Positions 35,211 through 48,324 of a DNA stretch of 64,000 bases are shown here, piece by piece; position 1 is the stretch's first letter, and each line of letters begins with the position of its first letter. The DNA comes from an uncultured Acidobacteriota bacterium (GTDB lineage: Bacteria; Acidobacteriota; Thermoanaerobaculia; Multivoradales; UBA5704): NCBI GenBank assembly GCA_963700145.1, contig OY969474.1, positions 2,816,001-2,880,000 on the forward strand, written 5' to 3'. Below the pieces are notes generated by a model. It searched no databases and was not told where the DNA came from. It worked only from the letters and a program-made list of their open reading frames with translations. The translations under genes and the position numbers were made by a program.

Positions 35211-37127
35211 ATGCCGATGACCCCCCTCCGGCACAGCGCCACCGTCCTCGCTCTCCTCCTCGCAGGAGCGGCGAGCGCCGCGGCGGCGGAGCCGGCGCGA
35301 CAGGCGGCGGTGGCCGGGCGGGTGGTCGGCAAGACCGCCCCGCTTTCCGCGGCCGGCGTCTACGCCTATCAGCTCGCCGATCTCAGCCTGCGCAAGGTGA
35401 CGACGGACGCGCAGGGCAATTTCCTCTTCCGCGATCTCCCCGCGGGCCTCTACAAAGTCATCGCCCACAAGGCCGGTTTCCTGCCGGCGGTCGTGCTGCT
35501 GACCCGCACGACGGCGCAGACCTATCAGTTCGTCGAGCTGAACCTCGCCGCGAACGACCCCGGCGAGCGGCTGGCCGGCGAGGACTTCTGGTCGCTGCGC
35601 GCGCGCATCCCGGCCGACGTGCTGCACGAGATCGAGATGGAAGAGGTGCAGCGCCTGGCCTTCGCCGCCAGCTCCGACGGCGCCAGCGCCTCGTTCGAGG
35701 ACGCGCCCTTCGCCGCCGAGATGACGGCGATGACCGGCGTCGATCAGGGCGCCGGCATGGCCGAGGGCACGATCAGCGGCGGGCGCGTCGGGGTCGAGGG
35801 GCGGCTCGGCGAGATCCGCGTCGGCCTCTCCGGCGACTTCTGGACGCTCGGCCCGACCGCGGCCGGCGGCGCGCGCGGCACGGCCATGGCCGACGCCGAG
35901 GCGAGCGTCGTCTCGCTGGAGGTGGCCGCCGGGCCCGACAGCCGCGTCGCGCTGATGACCCGCAGCAACCGCCTGGTGCCGTCGCGCGACGGCAACGGCC
36001 TCGAGGCGCCGGTCGGGCTCGACCAGTACCAGGTGAGCTGGTCGCAGGCGCTCGGCGAACGCGGCCACTCCGAGGTTTCGGCGAACTACACCAGCGAGAA
36101 CAACTACCACCGCCACGGCGGCCTCGGCCCGATCGGCATCCCGCGCGCCTCGCGCACCTGGGGCTTCGAGGGCTCCTACGCGACGGCGCTCGGCGAGCGC
36201 TCCCACCTCGACACCGGCCTGCGCTACCGCGAGCGGCAGGCGGCGGGCTTCGAGGGCCTGGTGATGCCCGAGGTGGACCAGCGGGTGGACGTCTTCGGCA
36301 GCGGCGGCGTGCGCCTGCAGCCGGCGGTGCTCGTCGAGTACGGCCTCTACACGACGCTGCGCGACGGCAGCGTCTCGCTGACCCCGCGCGGCGGCGTCGT
36401 CGTCCAGCTCGGCCCCTCCTGGCAGGCCGAGGGCTCGGTCTCCCAGCGCGTCTACGAGGACCCGGCGCTCACCGGCCTCCAGGACTTCGTGCCGACGATG
36501 TACCAGGAGCCCGAGACCTGCGAGCAGTCGGGCGACGCCTGCTACGAGCTGTCGCTCTCCCGCCAGGCGAGCGAAGAGGACCTCTTCACGGTCTCGGCGG
36601 TGCAGCGGACGCTCGGCGAGACGCTGCGGCTCTACTTCAGCGAGGACTTCTTCGACCGGCTCGACAGCCTCTATCTCGTCGGCGGCGACACCCTGCGCGA
36701 GGTGCAGATGGCCTGGAGCCACCGCGTCGCGCCGCAGGTCGTGACCCGCTTCGAGTCGAGCGTCGCCGAGGGCGGCGGCGGCATCTTCCACGCCACCGAC
36801 GACCAGCCCTACGAGAACCGCGTGCGCTGGTCGGTGTCGTCGCTCGACACGCAGTTCCAGGCCACCTCGACCGGCGTCTTCCTCGCCTTCCACCAGCTCG
36901 CCCAGGAGCTGCGCCCGGCGGGCAGCGGCGCGCCCCCGGCGCCGCGCAAGATGGAGCGGCTGCAGGTGCTCCTCTCCCAGGACCTCAACGTCCTGCTCGA
37001 CCTCGCGGCCGACTGGGCCGTGCAGCTCAACATGGAGCTCTCCCGCGGTGCCACCTCGGCCGCCGCCCCGCCGGACGAAGAGAGCCTCCGCCGCCGCATC
37101 ATGGGCGGCATCGCAGTTAAGTTCTAG
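35211..37127 (+). CDS. Carboxypeptidase-regulatory-like domain plus probable outer membrane beta-barrel
   Basis: Signal peptide; TTDAQGNFLFRDLPAGLYKV; ends GGIAVKF. Confidence 0.75.
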   Translation: MPMTPLRHSATVLALLLAGAASAAAAEPARQAAVAGRVVGKTAPLSAAGVYAYQLADLSLRKVTTDAQGNFLFRDLPAGLYKVIAHKAGFLPAVVLLTRTTAQTYQFVELNLAANDPGERLAGEDFWSLRARIPADVLHEIEMEEVQRLAFAASSDGASASFEDAPFAAEMTAMTGVDQGAGMAEGTISGGRVGVEGRLGEIRVGLSGDFWTLGPTAAGGARGTAMADAEASVVSLEVAAGPDSRVALMTRSNRLVPSRDGNGLEAPVGLDQYQVSWSQALGERGHSEVSANYTSENNYHRHGGLGPIGIPRASRTWGFEGSYATALGERSHLDTGLRYRERQAAGFEGLVMPEVDQRVDVFGSGGVRLQPAVLVEYGLYTTLRDGSVSLTPRGGVVVQLGPSWQAEGSVSQRVYEDPALTGLQDFVPTMYQEPETCEQSGDACYELSLSRQASEEDLFTVSAVQRTLGETLRLYFSEDFFDRLDSLYLVGGDTLREVQMAWSHRVAPQVVTRFESSVAEGGGGIFHATDDQPYENRVRWSVSSLDTQFQATSTGVFLAFHQLAQELRPAGSGAPPAPRKMERLQVLLSQDLNVLLDLAADWAVQLNMELSRGATSAAAPPDEESLRRRIMGGIAVKF

Positions 37128-37163
37128 CAAGGTCTCGCCTTCGGCTCGACCTCGCTGCGGTCG

Positions 37164-37191
37164 CTTGAGCGGGCGCACTGGCCCGCTCAAG
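37164..37191. terminator. Perfect 11-bp hairpin (terminator or REP-like)
   Basis: CTTGAGCGGGC-GCACTG-GCCCGCTCAAG. Confidence 0.45.
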
Positions 37192-37250
37192 GGAGCTAAC
37201 CGCGCGCGGTATCATCCGCTCCCGTCCCGCCAACGGAGAAAGAGCCCAGG

Positions 37251-39371
37251 ATGACGCGAGCCCCCCAGGACGACGTGGTGCGCAAGCTGCGCGAGCTGGC
37301 GCACAACCTCTGGTGGACCTGGCAACCCGACATCCGCGCCCTCTTCCGCGAGCTCGAGCCCGAGCTCTGGCGCATCGGCCACCACAACCCGGTGGCCATC
37401 CTCTCCCGGCTCGAGCCCGACGACATCGAGCGGCGGGTGCACGACCTCGAGATGCTCACCCGCGTCAACCAGGCGCACCGCCGCCTCGGCGACTACCTGG
37501 CGGGGGACGCCTGGGGCCTCATCCACGCCGGGCCGCTGCGGGCGCGGCCGGTGGCCTACTTCTCGGCCGAGTTCGGCATCCACCAGTCGCTGCCGATCTA
37601 CTCGGGCGGCCTCGGCGTGCTGGCCGGCGACCACCTGAAGAGCATGAGCGACCTCGGGATCGGCGTCGTGGGGGTGGGGATCCTCTACCACGAGGGGTAC
37701 GTGCACCAGCACCTCGACGCCGCCGGCTGGCAGCAAGACAGCTACGAGCCGATCGCCGCACACGAGATGCCGCTCGATGCGGTGGCCGACGAAGCCGGCG
37801 CGCCGGTGCGGGTGACGGTCGGGCTGCCGGGGAGGGACGTGGCGCTGCGCGTCTGGCGGGTCTGGGTGGGGCGGAGCCAGCTCCTCCTTCTCGACGCGCG
37901 CGACGACGCCAACGCGCCGGCCGACCAGGAGCTCACCGCGCGGCTCTACGGCGGCGACCAGGAGACCCGCATCCAGCAGGAGATGCTCCTGGGCGTCGGC
38001 GGCTACCGCGCGCTGCGCGCGGTGGGGCATACGCCGTCGGTGCTGCACCTGAACGAAGGGCACTCGGCCTTCGCCCTCCTCGAGCGGGCGCGCGAGATCG
38101 TCGAGCTGCAGGGCCTTTCGGCCGCCGACGCGCTGCGCGAGGTGGCGGCGGCGAGCGTCTTCACCACGCACACGCCGGTCGAGGCCGGGCACGACCGCTT
38201 CCTCTCCGAGCTGGCGGGCCGCCACCTGGAGGGGCTGGCGCGCGGCCTGGGGCTCGACTTGGAGGCGCTCCTCGCCCTCGGCCGCGAGCGCCCGGCCGAC
38301 CCCGCCTCGCCCTTCTGCCCCACCGTCCTGGCGCTCAACCTGTCGCGCAAGGCCAACGGCGTCTCGGCCATCCACGGCCGGGTGGCGCGGCGCATGTGGC
38401 GGCACCTCTGGCCGGAGCGCAGCGAGGAGGAGGTGCCGATCGGCCACGTCACCAACGGCATTCACGTCAAGACCTGGCTCGCCGCCGACATGCAGCAGCT
38501 CTACGAGCACTACCTGTCGCCGGCCTGGGCCGACTCGCTCACCCGCCCCGACCTCTGGCGGGAGATCGAGAAGGTGCCGGACGCCGAGCTGTGGGAGGTC
38601 CACCAGGTGCTCAAGGCGCGCCTCTTCGCCTTCGTCGAGCGGCGGCGCGCCGAGCGCTGGGAGCGGCTGGGGCTGCCGGCGGGCCGGCCGCTCGACCAGG
38701 ACGCCCTGACCCTGGGCTTCGCCCGCCGCTTCGCCACCTACAAGCGGGCCGACATCCTCTTCCGCGACCTGGAGCGTCTGGCGCGGCTGGTCGGCGACCC
38801 CGAGCGACCGGTGCAGATCATCTTCGCCGGCAAGGCCCACCCCGCCGACGGCGCCGGCAAGGAGCTGGCGCAGCGCGTCTCGCAGCTCGGCCAGGACCCG
38901 CGCTTCGCCGGGCGCATCGTCTTCGTCGAGAACTACACGATGCACGTCGGCCGGCAGCTCGTGCAGGGCGTGGACGCCTGGCTCAACACCCCGCGCCGGC
39001 CGCAGGAGGCGTGCGGCACGAGCGGCCAGAAGGTGATCTTGAACGGCGGGCTCAACGTCTCGATCCTCGACGGCTGGTGGGCCGAGGCCTTCGAAGGCGG
39101 CAACGGCTTCGCCATCGGCGGCGGCGAGGTGCACGCCGACCCGGCGGTCCAGGACCGGAACGACGCCGAGGCGCTCCTCGCGGTCCTGGAGAAGGAGGTC
39201 GTGCCGCTCTACTACGCGCGCGACGAGGAAGGCATCCCCCGCGGCTGGATCGCCCGCGTCAAGCGGGCCATCCAGACCCTCGCCTGGCGCTACAACGCCG
39301 ACCGCATGGTCAAGGACTACGTCGGGCAGGCCTACCTGCCCGCCGCCGGGGGGAGCACCTGCCGGATGTAG
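37251..39371 (+). CDS. glgP: Alpha-glucan (glycogen/maltodextrin) phosphorylase
   Basis: YSGGLGVLAGDHLKS, HLNEGH, ARRFATYKR, EACGTSGQK PLP-lysine motif. Confidence 0.96.
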   Translation: MTRAPQDDVVRKLRELAHNLWWTWQPDIRALFRELEPELWRIGHHNPVAILSRLEPDDIERRVHDLEMLTRVNQAHRRLGDYLAGDAWGLIHAGPLRARPVAYFSAEFGIHQSLPIYSGGLGVLAGDHLKSMSDLGIGVVGVGILYHEGYVHQHLDAAGWQQDSYEPIAAHEMPLDAVADEAGAPVRVTVGLPGRDVALRVWRVWVGRSQLLLLDARDDANAPADQELTARLYGGDQETRIQQEMLLGVGGYRALRAVGHTPSVLHLNEGHSAFALLERAREIVELQGLSAADALREVAAASVFTTHTPVEAGHDRFLSELAGRHLEGLARGLGLDLEALLALGRERPADPASPFCPTVLALNLSRKANGVSAIHGRVARRMWRHLWPERSEEEVPIGHVTNGIHVKTWLAADMQQLYEHYLSPAWADSLTRPDLWREIEKVPDAELWEVHQVLKARLFAFVERRRAERWERLGLPAGRPLDQDALTLGFARRFATYKRADILFRDLERLARLVGDPERPVQIIFAGKAHPADGAGKELAQRVSQLGQDPRFAGRIVFVENYTMHVGRQLVQGVDAWLNTPRRPQEACGTSGQKVILNGGLNVSILDGWWAEAFEGGNGFAIGGGEVHADPAVQDRNDAEALLAVLEKEVVPLYYARDEEGIPRGWIARVKRAIQTLAWRYNADRMVKDYVGQAYLPAAGGSTCRM

Positions 39372-39374
39372 CGG

Positions 39375-40139
39375 TCAGCTCGGGCGCGCGAAGAGCGCCG
39401 GCTCGAGCGGCGGGTTGACCTCCGCTTTCGTGATCGTCGCGGTCTGGAGCACCTGGCCGGTCGCCAGGTCGATCTGGATCGAGCGGAACGGCTTGAGCGT
39501 GCCGCCGAGCGGCCGGTAGTCGCTCCAGACGGTCTCCAGCCGCTTGACAGTCGGGTCGAGGTCGGGGTGGAGCGCCCGCTCGTCCTGCGCGCGGGTGATG
39601 AGGTGGGTCGCCGGATCCAGGGTGTACCGCATCTCCCAGCCGTCGCTCAGCACCAGGCGGAGCGCGTGGCCGCCGGCCAGCTCGACCCGGTGGCCGCGCG
39701 CGGCCATCTCGTGCAGGCCGAGGATGTTGGTGGGGTACTGCGTGCCGTGCCAGAGAGCTGCACTCCCTTCCGGAGTGGCGTCGCGCGCCGGCTCGCCGTC
39801 GCCGCCGAGCTGCCAGCCGCTCCGGCCGTCGAAGGCCTCGGTGAAGACCCGCTCCTCGCCGGAGTACACGTCGATCCGCATCCGGCCCAGGCGGTCCACA
39901 ACATAGGTGGCGCGGACGGTGAACGCCGGCTCGACGATGTCGAGCTCGTAGCGCAGGCTGTCGATCCCCTCGATGGCCGCGGCGCCGCCCAGCGCCCGCG
40001 TGTGCCGCGCGACGACCTCGGCGAGCGACGGCTCAGGGACGCGGCGCGCGCTCGCGGGGCCGGCAGCGGCACAGTCAAGGGCGAGCGGAAGGAGAAACAG
40101 AGGCAGAAACCGGACAAGGGCACAACGCGACGTGCGCAT
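39375..40139 (-). CDS. Exported hypothetical protein (LolA-like sorting-protein fold)
   Basis: Signal peptide; ALGGAAAI, AFDGRSGW, WSDYR, VNPPLEPALF. Confidence 0.6.
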   Translation of the reverse strand: MRTSRCALVRFLPLFLLPLALDCAAAGPASARRVPEPSLAEVVARHTRALGGAAAIEGIDSLRYELDIVEPAFTVRATYVVDRLGRMRIDVYSGEERVFTEAFDGRSGWQLGGDGEPARDATPEGSAALWHGTQYPTNILGLHEMAARGHRVELAGGHALRLVLSDGWEMRYTLDPATHLITRAQDERALHPDLDPTVKRLETVWSDYRPLGGTLKPFRSIQIDLATGQVLQTATITKAEVNPPLEPALFARPS

Positions 40140-40174
40140 GCCGCATTAGACGTGCGGATGCAGCGCCAGTTGGG

Positions 40175-40582
40175 CTAGCAGCGCGCCCGCACGGCGCTGG
40201 CGAAGGCGAGGAGGTCGTCGAGGCGGTTGATGACGACCGACTCGACGATCCCGAGGTTCAGCGAGTCGTAGTCGTGGACCAGGACGTTGCGGAAGCTGGC
40301 CATCTCCTGAAGCGCCGCGGCCAGCTCGGGGGCGAGCCAGCCGGCGCGGCGCAGGAGATCGAAGAGGTCGCGGTTCGCGCCGGGCTCGCCCAGGCGCTCG
40401 TCGGAGACGACGTGCGAGGCGACGTCGAGCGCCGCTTCGATCGCCAGATGCAGGGTGCGAGTCACGAACCGCTCTTCGCGGACGTCCTCGTGCAGGCGGT
40501 CCAGCCGCGACATGGTGCGCAGCTCGCGCACGTACGTCTCGACCGCAGCCAGCTTCTTGAAGACCAGGTCGCGGTCGGTCAT
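40175..40582 (-). CDS. hepT: HepT/DUF86 HEPN ribonuclease toxin
   Basis: FRNVLVHDY Rx4H motif with the adjacent Tyr. Confidence 0.88.
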   Translation of the reverse strand: MTDRDLVFKKLAAVETYVRELRTMSRLDRLHEDVREERFVTRTLHLAIEAALDVASHVVSDERLGEPGANRDLFDLLRRAGWLAPELAAALQEMASFRNVLVHDYDSLNLGIVESVVINRLDDLLAFASAVRARC

Positions 40583-40989
40583 CCCTCGGCGGGCATGCGG
40601 CGGTAGCGGCGCAGGATGGGCTGGAGGTCGAAGAACTCGCGGCGGGCCTTGACCTCGAAGGCGATGCGGCGCGAGGGGTTGCGGTCGAGGAGCAGGCGGC
40701 CGTCCCGCAGCACGCGGTGGATCAGGTCGACCGGGGCGCGGTCGAGGACCGTCACTTGGATCGGGACACCTAGGCGGCGTTCCAGCTCGCCCTGGAGGCG
40801 CAGGTAGAGGCCCGCGAGGCCCGGCGGCGGCCCGGCCGCCGTGAGCACCGCGACGTCGACATCGCTCGCAGCACCTGCCTCGCCGCGCGCCACGCTGCCG
40901 AAGAGGTAGGCCGTGACGATCCCCTCCGCCGCCGCGGGCGAGGCGGCGAAGAAGTCACACAGGCGGCGCTCGATCGTCGCGGCGTCCAC
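40579..40989 (-). CDS. mntA: MntA minimal nucleotidyltransferase antitoxin
   Basis: YLFGSVARG...SDVDVAV; TATACT -10 box 6 nt upstream of the GTG. Confidence 0.88.
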   Translation of the reverse strand: MDAATIERRLCDFFAASPAAAEGIVTAYLFGSVARGEAGAASDVDVAVLTAAGPPPGLAGLYLRLQGELERRLGVPIQVTVLDRAPVDLIHRVLRDGRLLLDRNPSRRIAFEVKARREFFDLQPILRRYRRMPAEG

Positions 40990-41036
40990 GACGGCAGTAT
41001 ACGCGCCGGTCCCGGCCGCCCCGAGGCGCCCGCTGC

Positions 41037-41855
41037 TCAGCGCAGAAGCTGTGCCGCGCGGTCGAGGAAGGTCTTGGTCTGGTGGGGGCCGAGGGCGGCG
41101 GAGACGACTTTTTCTTCGGCGCGGACGAGGTCGAGGATGGCTTCGGTGCCGCGGCCGGCTTCGAGCTCGGCCTTGCTCATGCGCAGGTTGATGTCGAGCT
41201 CGCCCTGGCGGTCGTGGCCGGAGAGGAGCTCGCGGGCGTGGCCGTGGATCGCCTCGGCCAGGCGCGCCAGCTCCTCGTGGCTCATGCGGTGGAGGCGCTC
41301 GGTGTTGAGGCGCGAGAGGTCCTCCTTGAGCGCCACGAGGCCCGAGGTGATGAGGCCGTAGAGGAGCTTGCAGGCCTCGAAGGGGCTGGTGTTGAGCCCG
41401 ATCGCGATCTCCTCGATCGAGCGCCGCTCGTCGATCTTGCAGATCAGGCCCCACTCCTGCGGCGTGAAGGAGACGGAGGTGGTGGCGGCCTGGGAGGTGA
41501 AGACCGGCACCAGGCGCGTCGAGGGGATGCGCTTCGACAGGATCTGCCATTCGTCGATCCGCCGCGCCGCTTCCATGAGGAGGTTGGTGTTGGACTTCTG
41601 GATCGTCGTCGTGTCGGTCTCCTGGCCGGGAGTGAAGACGAACTCCCCCTCGGGCCAGATGGCCAGCTCGTAGACCGCCTCCTCGCCGCGCAGCTCGCCC
41701 AGCGTGGCGTGCACGATGTGGCCGCCGCGCAGGTAGATCTCCCCCGAGCCCTCGCCGGCGCGGCGGAGCGCGAAGACTCCCGTCTTCCCCGACACCGACA
41801 CGAGCTGGATGATGTCGGGGAGCGGCAGCTCTTTGAGAGAGCCTTGGAAAGCCAT
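41037..41855 (-). CDS. DUF4388 (PatA-N-like) domain protein
   Basis: MAFQGSLKELPLPDIIQL...KTGVF...LLMEAARRIDEW. Confidence 0.88.
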   Translation of the reverse strand: MAFQGSLKELPLPDIIQLVSVSGKTGVFALRRAGEGSGEIYLRGGHIVHATLGELRGEEAVYELAIWPEGEFVFTPGQETDTTTIQKSNTNLLMEAARRIDEWQILSKRIPSTRLVPVFTSQAATTSVSFTPQEWGLICKIDERRSIEEIAIGLNTSPFEACKLLYGLITSGLVALKEDLSRLNTERLHRMSHEELARLAEAIHGHARELLSGHDRQGELDINLRMSKAELEAGRGTEAILDLVRAEEKVVSAALGPHQTKTFLDRAAQLLR

Positions 41856-41908
41856 TGATCTCTCTATGTTTAAAACCGATCCGACGCCAAAAAGGATGCT
41901 ACCACGCG

Positions 41909-42400
41909 CTATCTCCCGGCCAGGGTGTCGAGGCGCGCGCGCTGCGCCGCGCAGATGGCGAGAGCGAGGGCGTCGGTGGCGTCGGTGGCCCAGCCGTCAC
42001 CCTGGAGAGCGAGAAGCAGCTTGACCATGTGCGCGACTTGCCGCTTGTCGGCGCGGCCGTTGCCGGTGACCGCCGACTTGACCTCGGCCGGGCTGTACTC
42101 GCGCAGCAGGATGCCGCGCCCCGAAAGCGTCGCGAGGAGTGCGCCGCGCGCTTCGGCGAGCACGATGAGCGAGCGGCTGTTGAGGCCGTGGAAGGGGGTC
42201 TCGAGCGCCACCGTCTCGGGGCGCCAGCGGTCGAGGAGCGCGGCCAGGCAGCTCGCGAGGTGGGCGAGGCGGTCGGGGAGCGGCTGGCTGCGCGAGCAGG
42301 AGAAGCGGCCGAGGTCGAGCGCCGCGAGCGCCGAGCCGCGCCGCTCCACCACTCCGTAGCCGGTGTGGAGGCTGCCGGGGTCGAGCCCCAGGATGAGCAT
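41909..42400 (-). CDS. ruvC: Holliday junction resolvase RuvC
   Basis: ILGLDPG, EVKSAVTGNGRADK, DATDALA. Confidence 0.95.
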   Translation of the reverse strand: MLILGLDPGSLHTGYGVVERRGSALAALDLGRFSCSRSQPLPDRLAHLASCLAALLDRWRPETVALETPFHGLNSRSLIVLAEARGALLATLSGRGILLREYSPAEVKSAVTGNGRADKRQVAHMVKLLLALQGDGWATDATDALALAICAAQRARLDTLAGR

Positions 42401-42433
42401 CGCAGGGCGCTCGGCGAAGGCGGCGCCGGGCGG

Positions 42434-43177
42434 CTACCCTTCCTGCGCCGCCAGCACGCCCTCGTCGACCTCGAGGTTGGCCCAGACGTGCTGCACGTCG
42501 TCCTGGTCCTCGAGGGCGTCGATCAGGCGCAGGACCTGGGCGGGGTTGGCGACCCCGATCGTCGAGTCGGGGACCATCGCCAGCTCCTTGGCGGCGAGCG
42601 GCAGCTCCCGCCGCTCGAGCTCCTCGCGCACCCGGTTGTAGTCCTCGACGGCGGTGTAGATCTCGAGCTCGCCGCCTTCGGTCGAGACGTCGTCGACGCC
42701 GAGGTCGAGGGCGAGCTCGAGGAAGGCCTCCTCGTCCATCGCGCCGGGCTCGAGCGCGAAGTAGCCGCGGCGCTTGAACATCCAGGCGACGCAGCCGTTC
42801 TCGCCGAGGTTGCCGCCGTGGCGGGAGAAGAGGTGGCGGACCTCGGAGGCGGTGCGGTTGCGGTTGTCGGTCAGGCCCTCGACGATCATCGCCACGCCGC
42901 CGGGGCCGTACCCTTCGTAGGTGAACTCCTCGTAGGACTCCCCTTCGAGCTCGCCGGTGCCCTTCTTGATCGCCCGGTCGATGTTGTCGCCGGGGACGCT
43001 GTTGCCGCGCGCCTCGAGCATCGCGGCGCGCAGGCGCGGGTTGCCGCGCGGGTCGCCGCCGCCGAGCCGCGCCGAGACGGTGATCTCGCGCAGGAGCTTG
43101 GTGAAGAGCTTGCCGCGGCGGTGGTCGGTGGCCGCCTTCTTGTGCTTGATCGTGCTCCACTTGCTATGGCCGGACAT
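42434..43177 (-). CDS. yebC: YebC/PmpR family protein
   Basis: MSGHSKWSTIKHKK, YEGYGPGG, TDNRNRT. Confidence 0.96.
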   Translation of the reverse strand: MSGHSKWSTIKHKKAATDHRRGKLFTKLLREITVSARLGGGDPRGNPRLRAAMLEARGNSVPGDNIDRAIKKGTGELEGESYEEFTYEGYGPGGVAMIVEGLTDNRNRTASEVRHLFSRHGGNLGENGCVAWMFKRRGYFALEPGAMDEEAFLELALDLGVDDVSTEGGELEIYTAVEDYNRVREELERRELPLAAKELAMVPDSTIGVANPAQVLRLIDALEDQDDVQHVWANLEVDEGVLAAQEG

Positions 43178-43342
43178 GGAACGGGCTCCCTCTCGGACGG
43201 TGGCGCAGGCGGCGATTTTACAGGAGGCCGGCGCGCGACCCGGGGCGGCCTCCGTAAGTGCAAGAATCGGCGAAGTTTCCGGTTGACTGGGCGGGGCGCG
43301 GGGTGCTAGAAACGACCCCTCAGTCCCCCGAGGAGTCGCCGT

Positions 43343-46501
<3,159 letters not shown>

Positions 46502-46526
46502 GCCGCGCCCAGTCACGGAGGGGACG

Positions 46527-46760
46527 ATGAGCCTGACCGATCAGCAGCGGAAGTTCTACGAGAACACTCTCGCCGTGACCAAGCAGGAGATGGAGGACCT
46601 CGACCGGCAGATCGAGGAGGAGCTGGCCAAGGTCAAGGACCGCCTGGCCGAGCTGCAGAACGCCAAGAAGGCCTCCCGGCAGATGTACGACGCCGCCTGC
46701 ATGCGGCTCGGGGTCGCCAACGACCTCGAGGCCGAGGAGAACCAGGCCGCCGAGGCCTGA
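46527..46760 (+). CDS. Small coiled-coil hypothetical protein
   Basis: GGAGGG RBS; heptad pattern; GC hairpin after the stop. Confidence 0.75.
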   Translation: MSLTDQQRKFYENTLAVTKQEMEDLDRQIEEELAKVKDRLAELQNAKKASRQMYDAACMRLGVANDLEAEENQAAEA

Positions 46761-46839
46761 CCCCTTCCGGAGCGGCGCCCTCGGCGCCCGCTCCGGCCCG
46801 CCGCCGCCCCGGTGAGGGGCGCGGGCACATCCCTCCGCG

Positions 46840-47691
46840 ATGGCCTGGTTCCGCAAAACCAAGCAACCCAAGGCGCTGCGCCAGGACCGGGCGCGCTCGA
46901 CCGTGCCCGAAGGGCTGTGGGTCAAGTGCGAGGGGTGCAAGGAGGTCATCTACTCGCGCGAGCTCGACAAGAACCTCCGCGTCTGCCCCAAGTGCGGCTA
47001 CCACTTCCGCATCGACGCCCGCGGCCGCATCGCCCTGCTCCTCGACGACGAGCCCGAGCCCAAGGAGCTCTTCGCCGGCGTCAGCCCGAGCGACCCGCTC
47101 GGCTTCCGCGACACCAAGCGCTACCGCGAACGGCTCAAGACCTACCAGCAAGCGGTCGGCGAGCGCGACGCGGTCGTCGTCGTCCAGGGAGAGATCGAGG
47201 AGATCCCGGTGGTGCTGGCGGCGCTCGAGTACCGCTTCATGGGCGGCTCGATGGGCTCGGTCGTCGGCGAAAAGGTGACCCGCGCCGCCGAGCGCGCGCT
47301 CGACCGTAGCTGGCCGTTGGTCGTCGTCTCCGCCTCGGGCGGCGCGCGCATGCAGGAGGGGGTGCTGTCCCTGATGCAGATGGCGAAGATCGCCGGCGCC
47401 CTGGCGCGGCTGCGCGACGCGAAGGTGCCCTACCTCTCGGTCCTGACCGACCCGACGACCGGCGGCGTCACGGCTTCGTTCGCCATGCTCGGCGATCTCA
47501 ACATCGCCGAGCCCGGCGCCCTCATCGGCTTCGCCGGCCCGCGCGTCATCGAGCAGACCATCCGCCAGAGCCTCCCCGAAGGCTTCCAGCGCAGCGAATT
47601 CCTCCTCGAGCACGGCTTCCTCGACATGATCGTCCCGCGGGCCGAGATGAAGGCGACGCTGGCGACGTGTCTGCGGCACTTCGCGGGCTGA
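46840..47691 (+). CDS. accD: Acetyl-CoA carboxylase carboxyltransferase beta subunit
   Basis: WVKC..C zinc finger, GGSMGSVVGEK, SGGARMQEG, GFAGPRVIEQT. Confidence 0.96.
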   Translation: MAWFRKTKQPKALRQDRARSTVPEGLWVKCEGCKEVIYSRELDKNLRVCPKCGYHFRIDARGRIALLLDDEPEPKELFAGVSPSDPLGFRDTKRYRERLKTYQQAVGERDAVVVVQGEIEEIPVVLAALEYRFMGGSMGSVVGEKVTRAAERALDRSWPLVVVSASGGARMQEGVLSLMQMAKIAGALARLRDAKVPYLSVLTDPTTGGVTASFAMLGDLNIAEPGALIGFAGPRVIEQTIRQSLPEGFQRSEFLLEHGFLDMIVPRAEMKATLATCLRHFAG

Positions 47692-47729
47692 CGGCTGCTA
47701 AGCTCGACAGGGGGACTGGAGATCGAGCC

Positions 47730-47945
47730 ATGAAAGTCGTCACCTACGAGGCCACTGTCGAAGATGGTCAGGTAAGGCTGCCTGAAGCAGTATACCTGCC
47801 CGAGAAGGCGAAGGTGTACGTGGTGGTGCCCGGTACCGAGGAGGCGCCGCCGTATCGCATCTGGAGTCCTCGCCTCGTCCACCCGGAGCAGGCGTCCGCC
47901 TTCGCGATGGAGGTGCTTGAGGACGAGCCAGATGCCGGCCTATGA
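47730..47945 (+). CDS. Small AF2212/AbrB-like antitoxin-type protein
   Basis: TYEATVEDGQVRLPEAVYLPEKAKVYVVVP. Confidence 0.65.
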   Translation: MKVVTYEATVEDGQVRLPEAVYLPEKAKVYVVVPGTEEAPPYRIWSPRLVHPEQASAFAMEVLEDEPDAGL

Positions 47946-48324
47946 CGACCGGCTCTACTCGCCGCCAGCGCCCGTTCTCCACGCCACGCTTCGCAACCCC
48001 CAGACAGGAGCAGCGGTTTCCGATGTGCTGCTGTTGATCGACACAGGCTCCGACGTGACTTTTCTTCCGGTGTCGGCAGCCGATTCGATCCGTATCGAGC
48101 GATCCGGGACGCGCTACGAGCTGGCGGCTTTCGATGGCACGAAGAGTATTGCCGAGGCGATTCGAGCGGACCTATCGTTGCTGGGGCGCAACTTCCGCGG
48201 CCAATTCCTTCTGATTGACGCCACGGTCGGAATCTTGGGTCGCAACGTCCTGAACCGTCTCTCGCTCGTGCTGGACGGGCCTCGCTTGACTTGGGAGGAA
48301 AACAGACCGTTAAGGGGCGCCTGA
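47932..48324 (+). CDS. Retropepsin-like aspartyl protease
   Basis: LIDTGSD catalytic motif; ILGRNVLN. Confidence 0.8.
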   Translation: MPAYDDRLYSPPAPVLHATLRNPQTGAAVSDVLLLIDTGSDVTFLPVSAADSIRIERSGTRYELAAFDGTKSIAEAIRADLSLLGRNFRGQFLLIDATVGILGRNVLNRLSLVLDGPRLTWEENRPLRGA

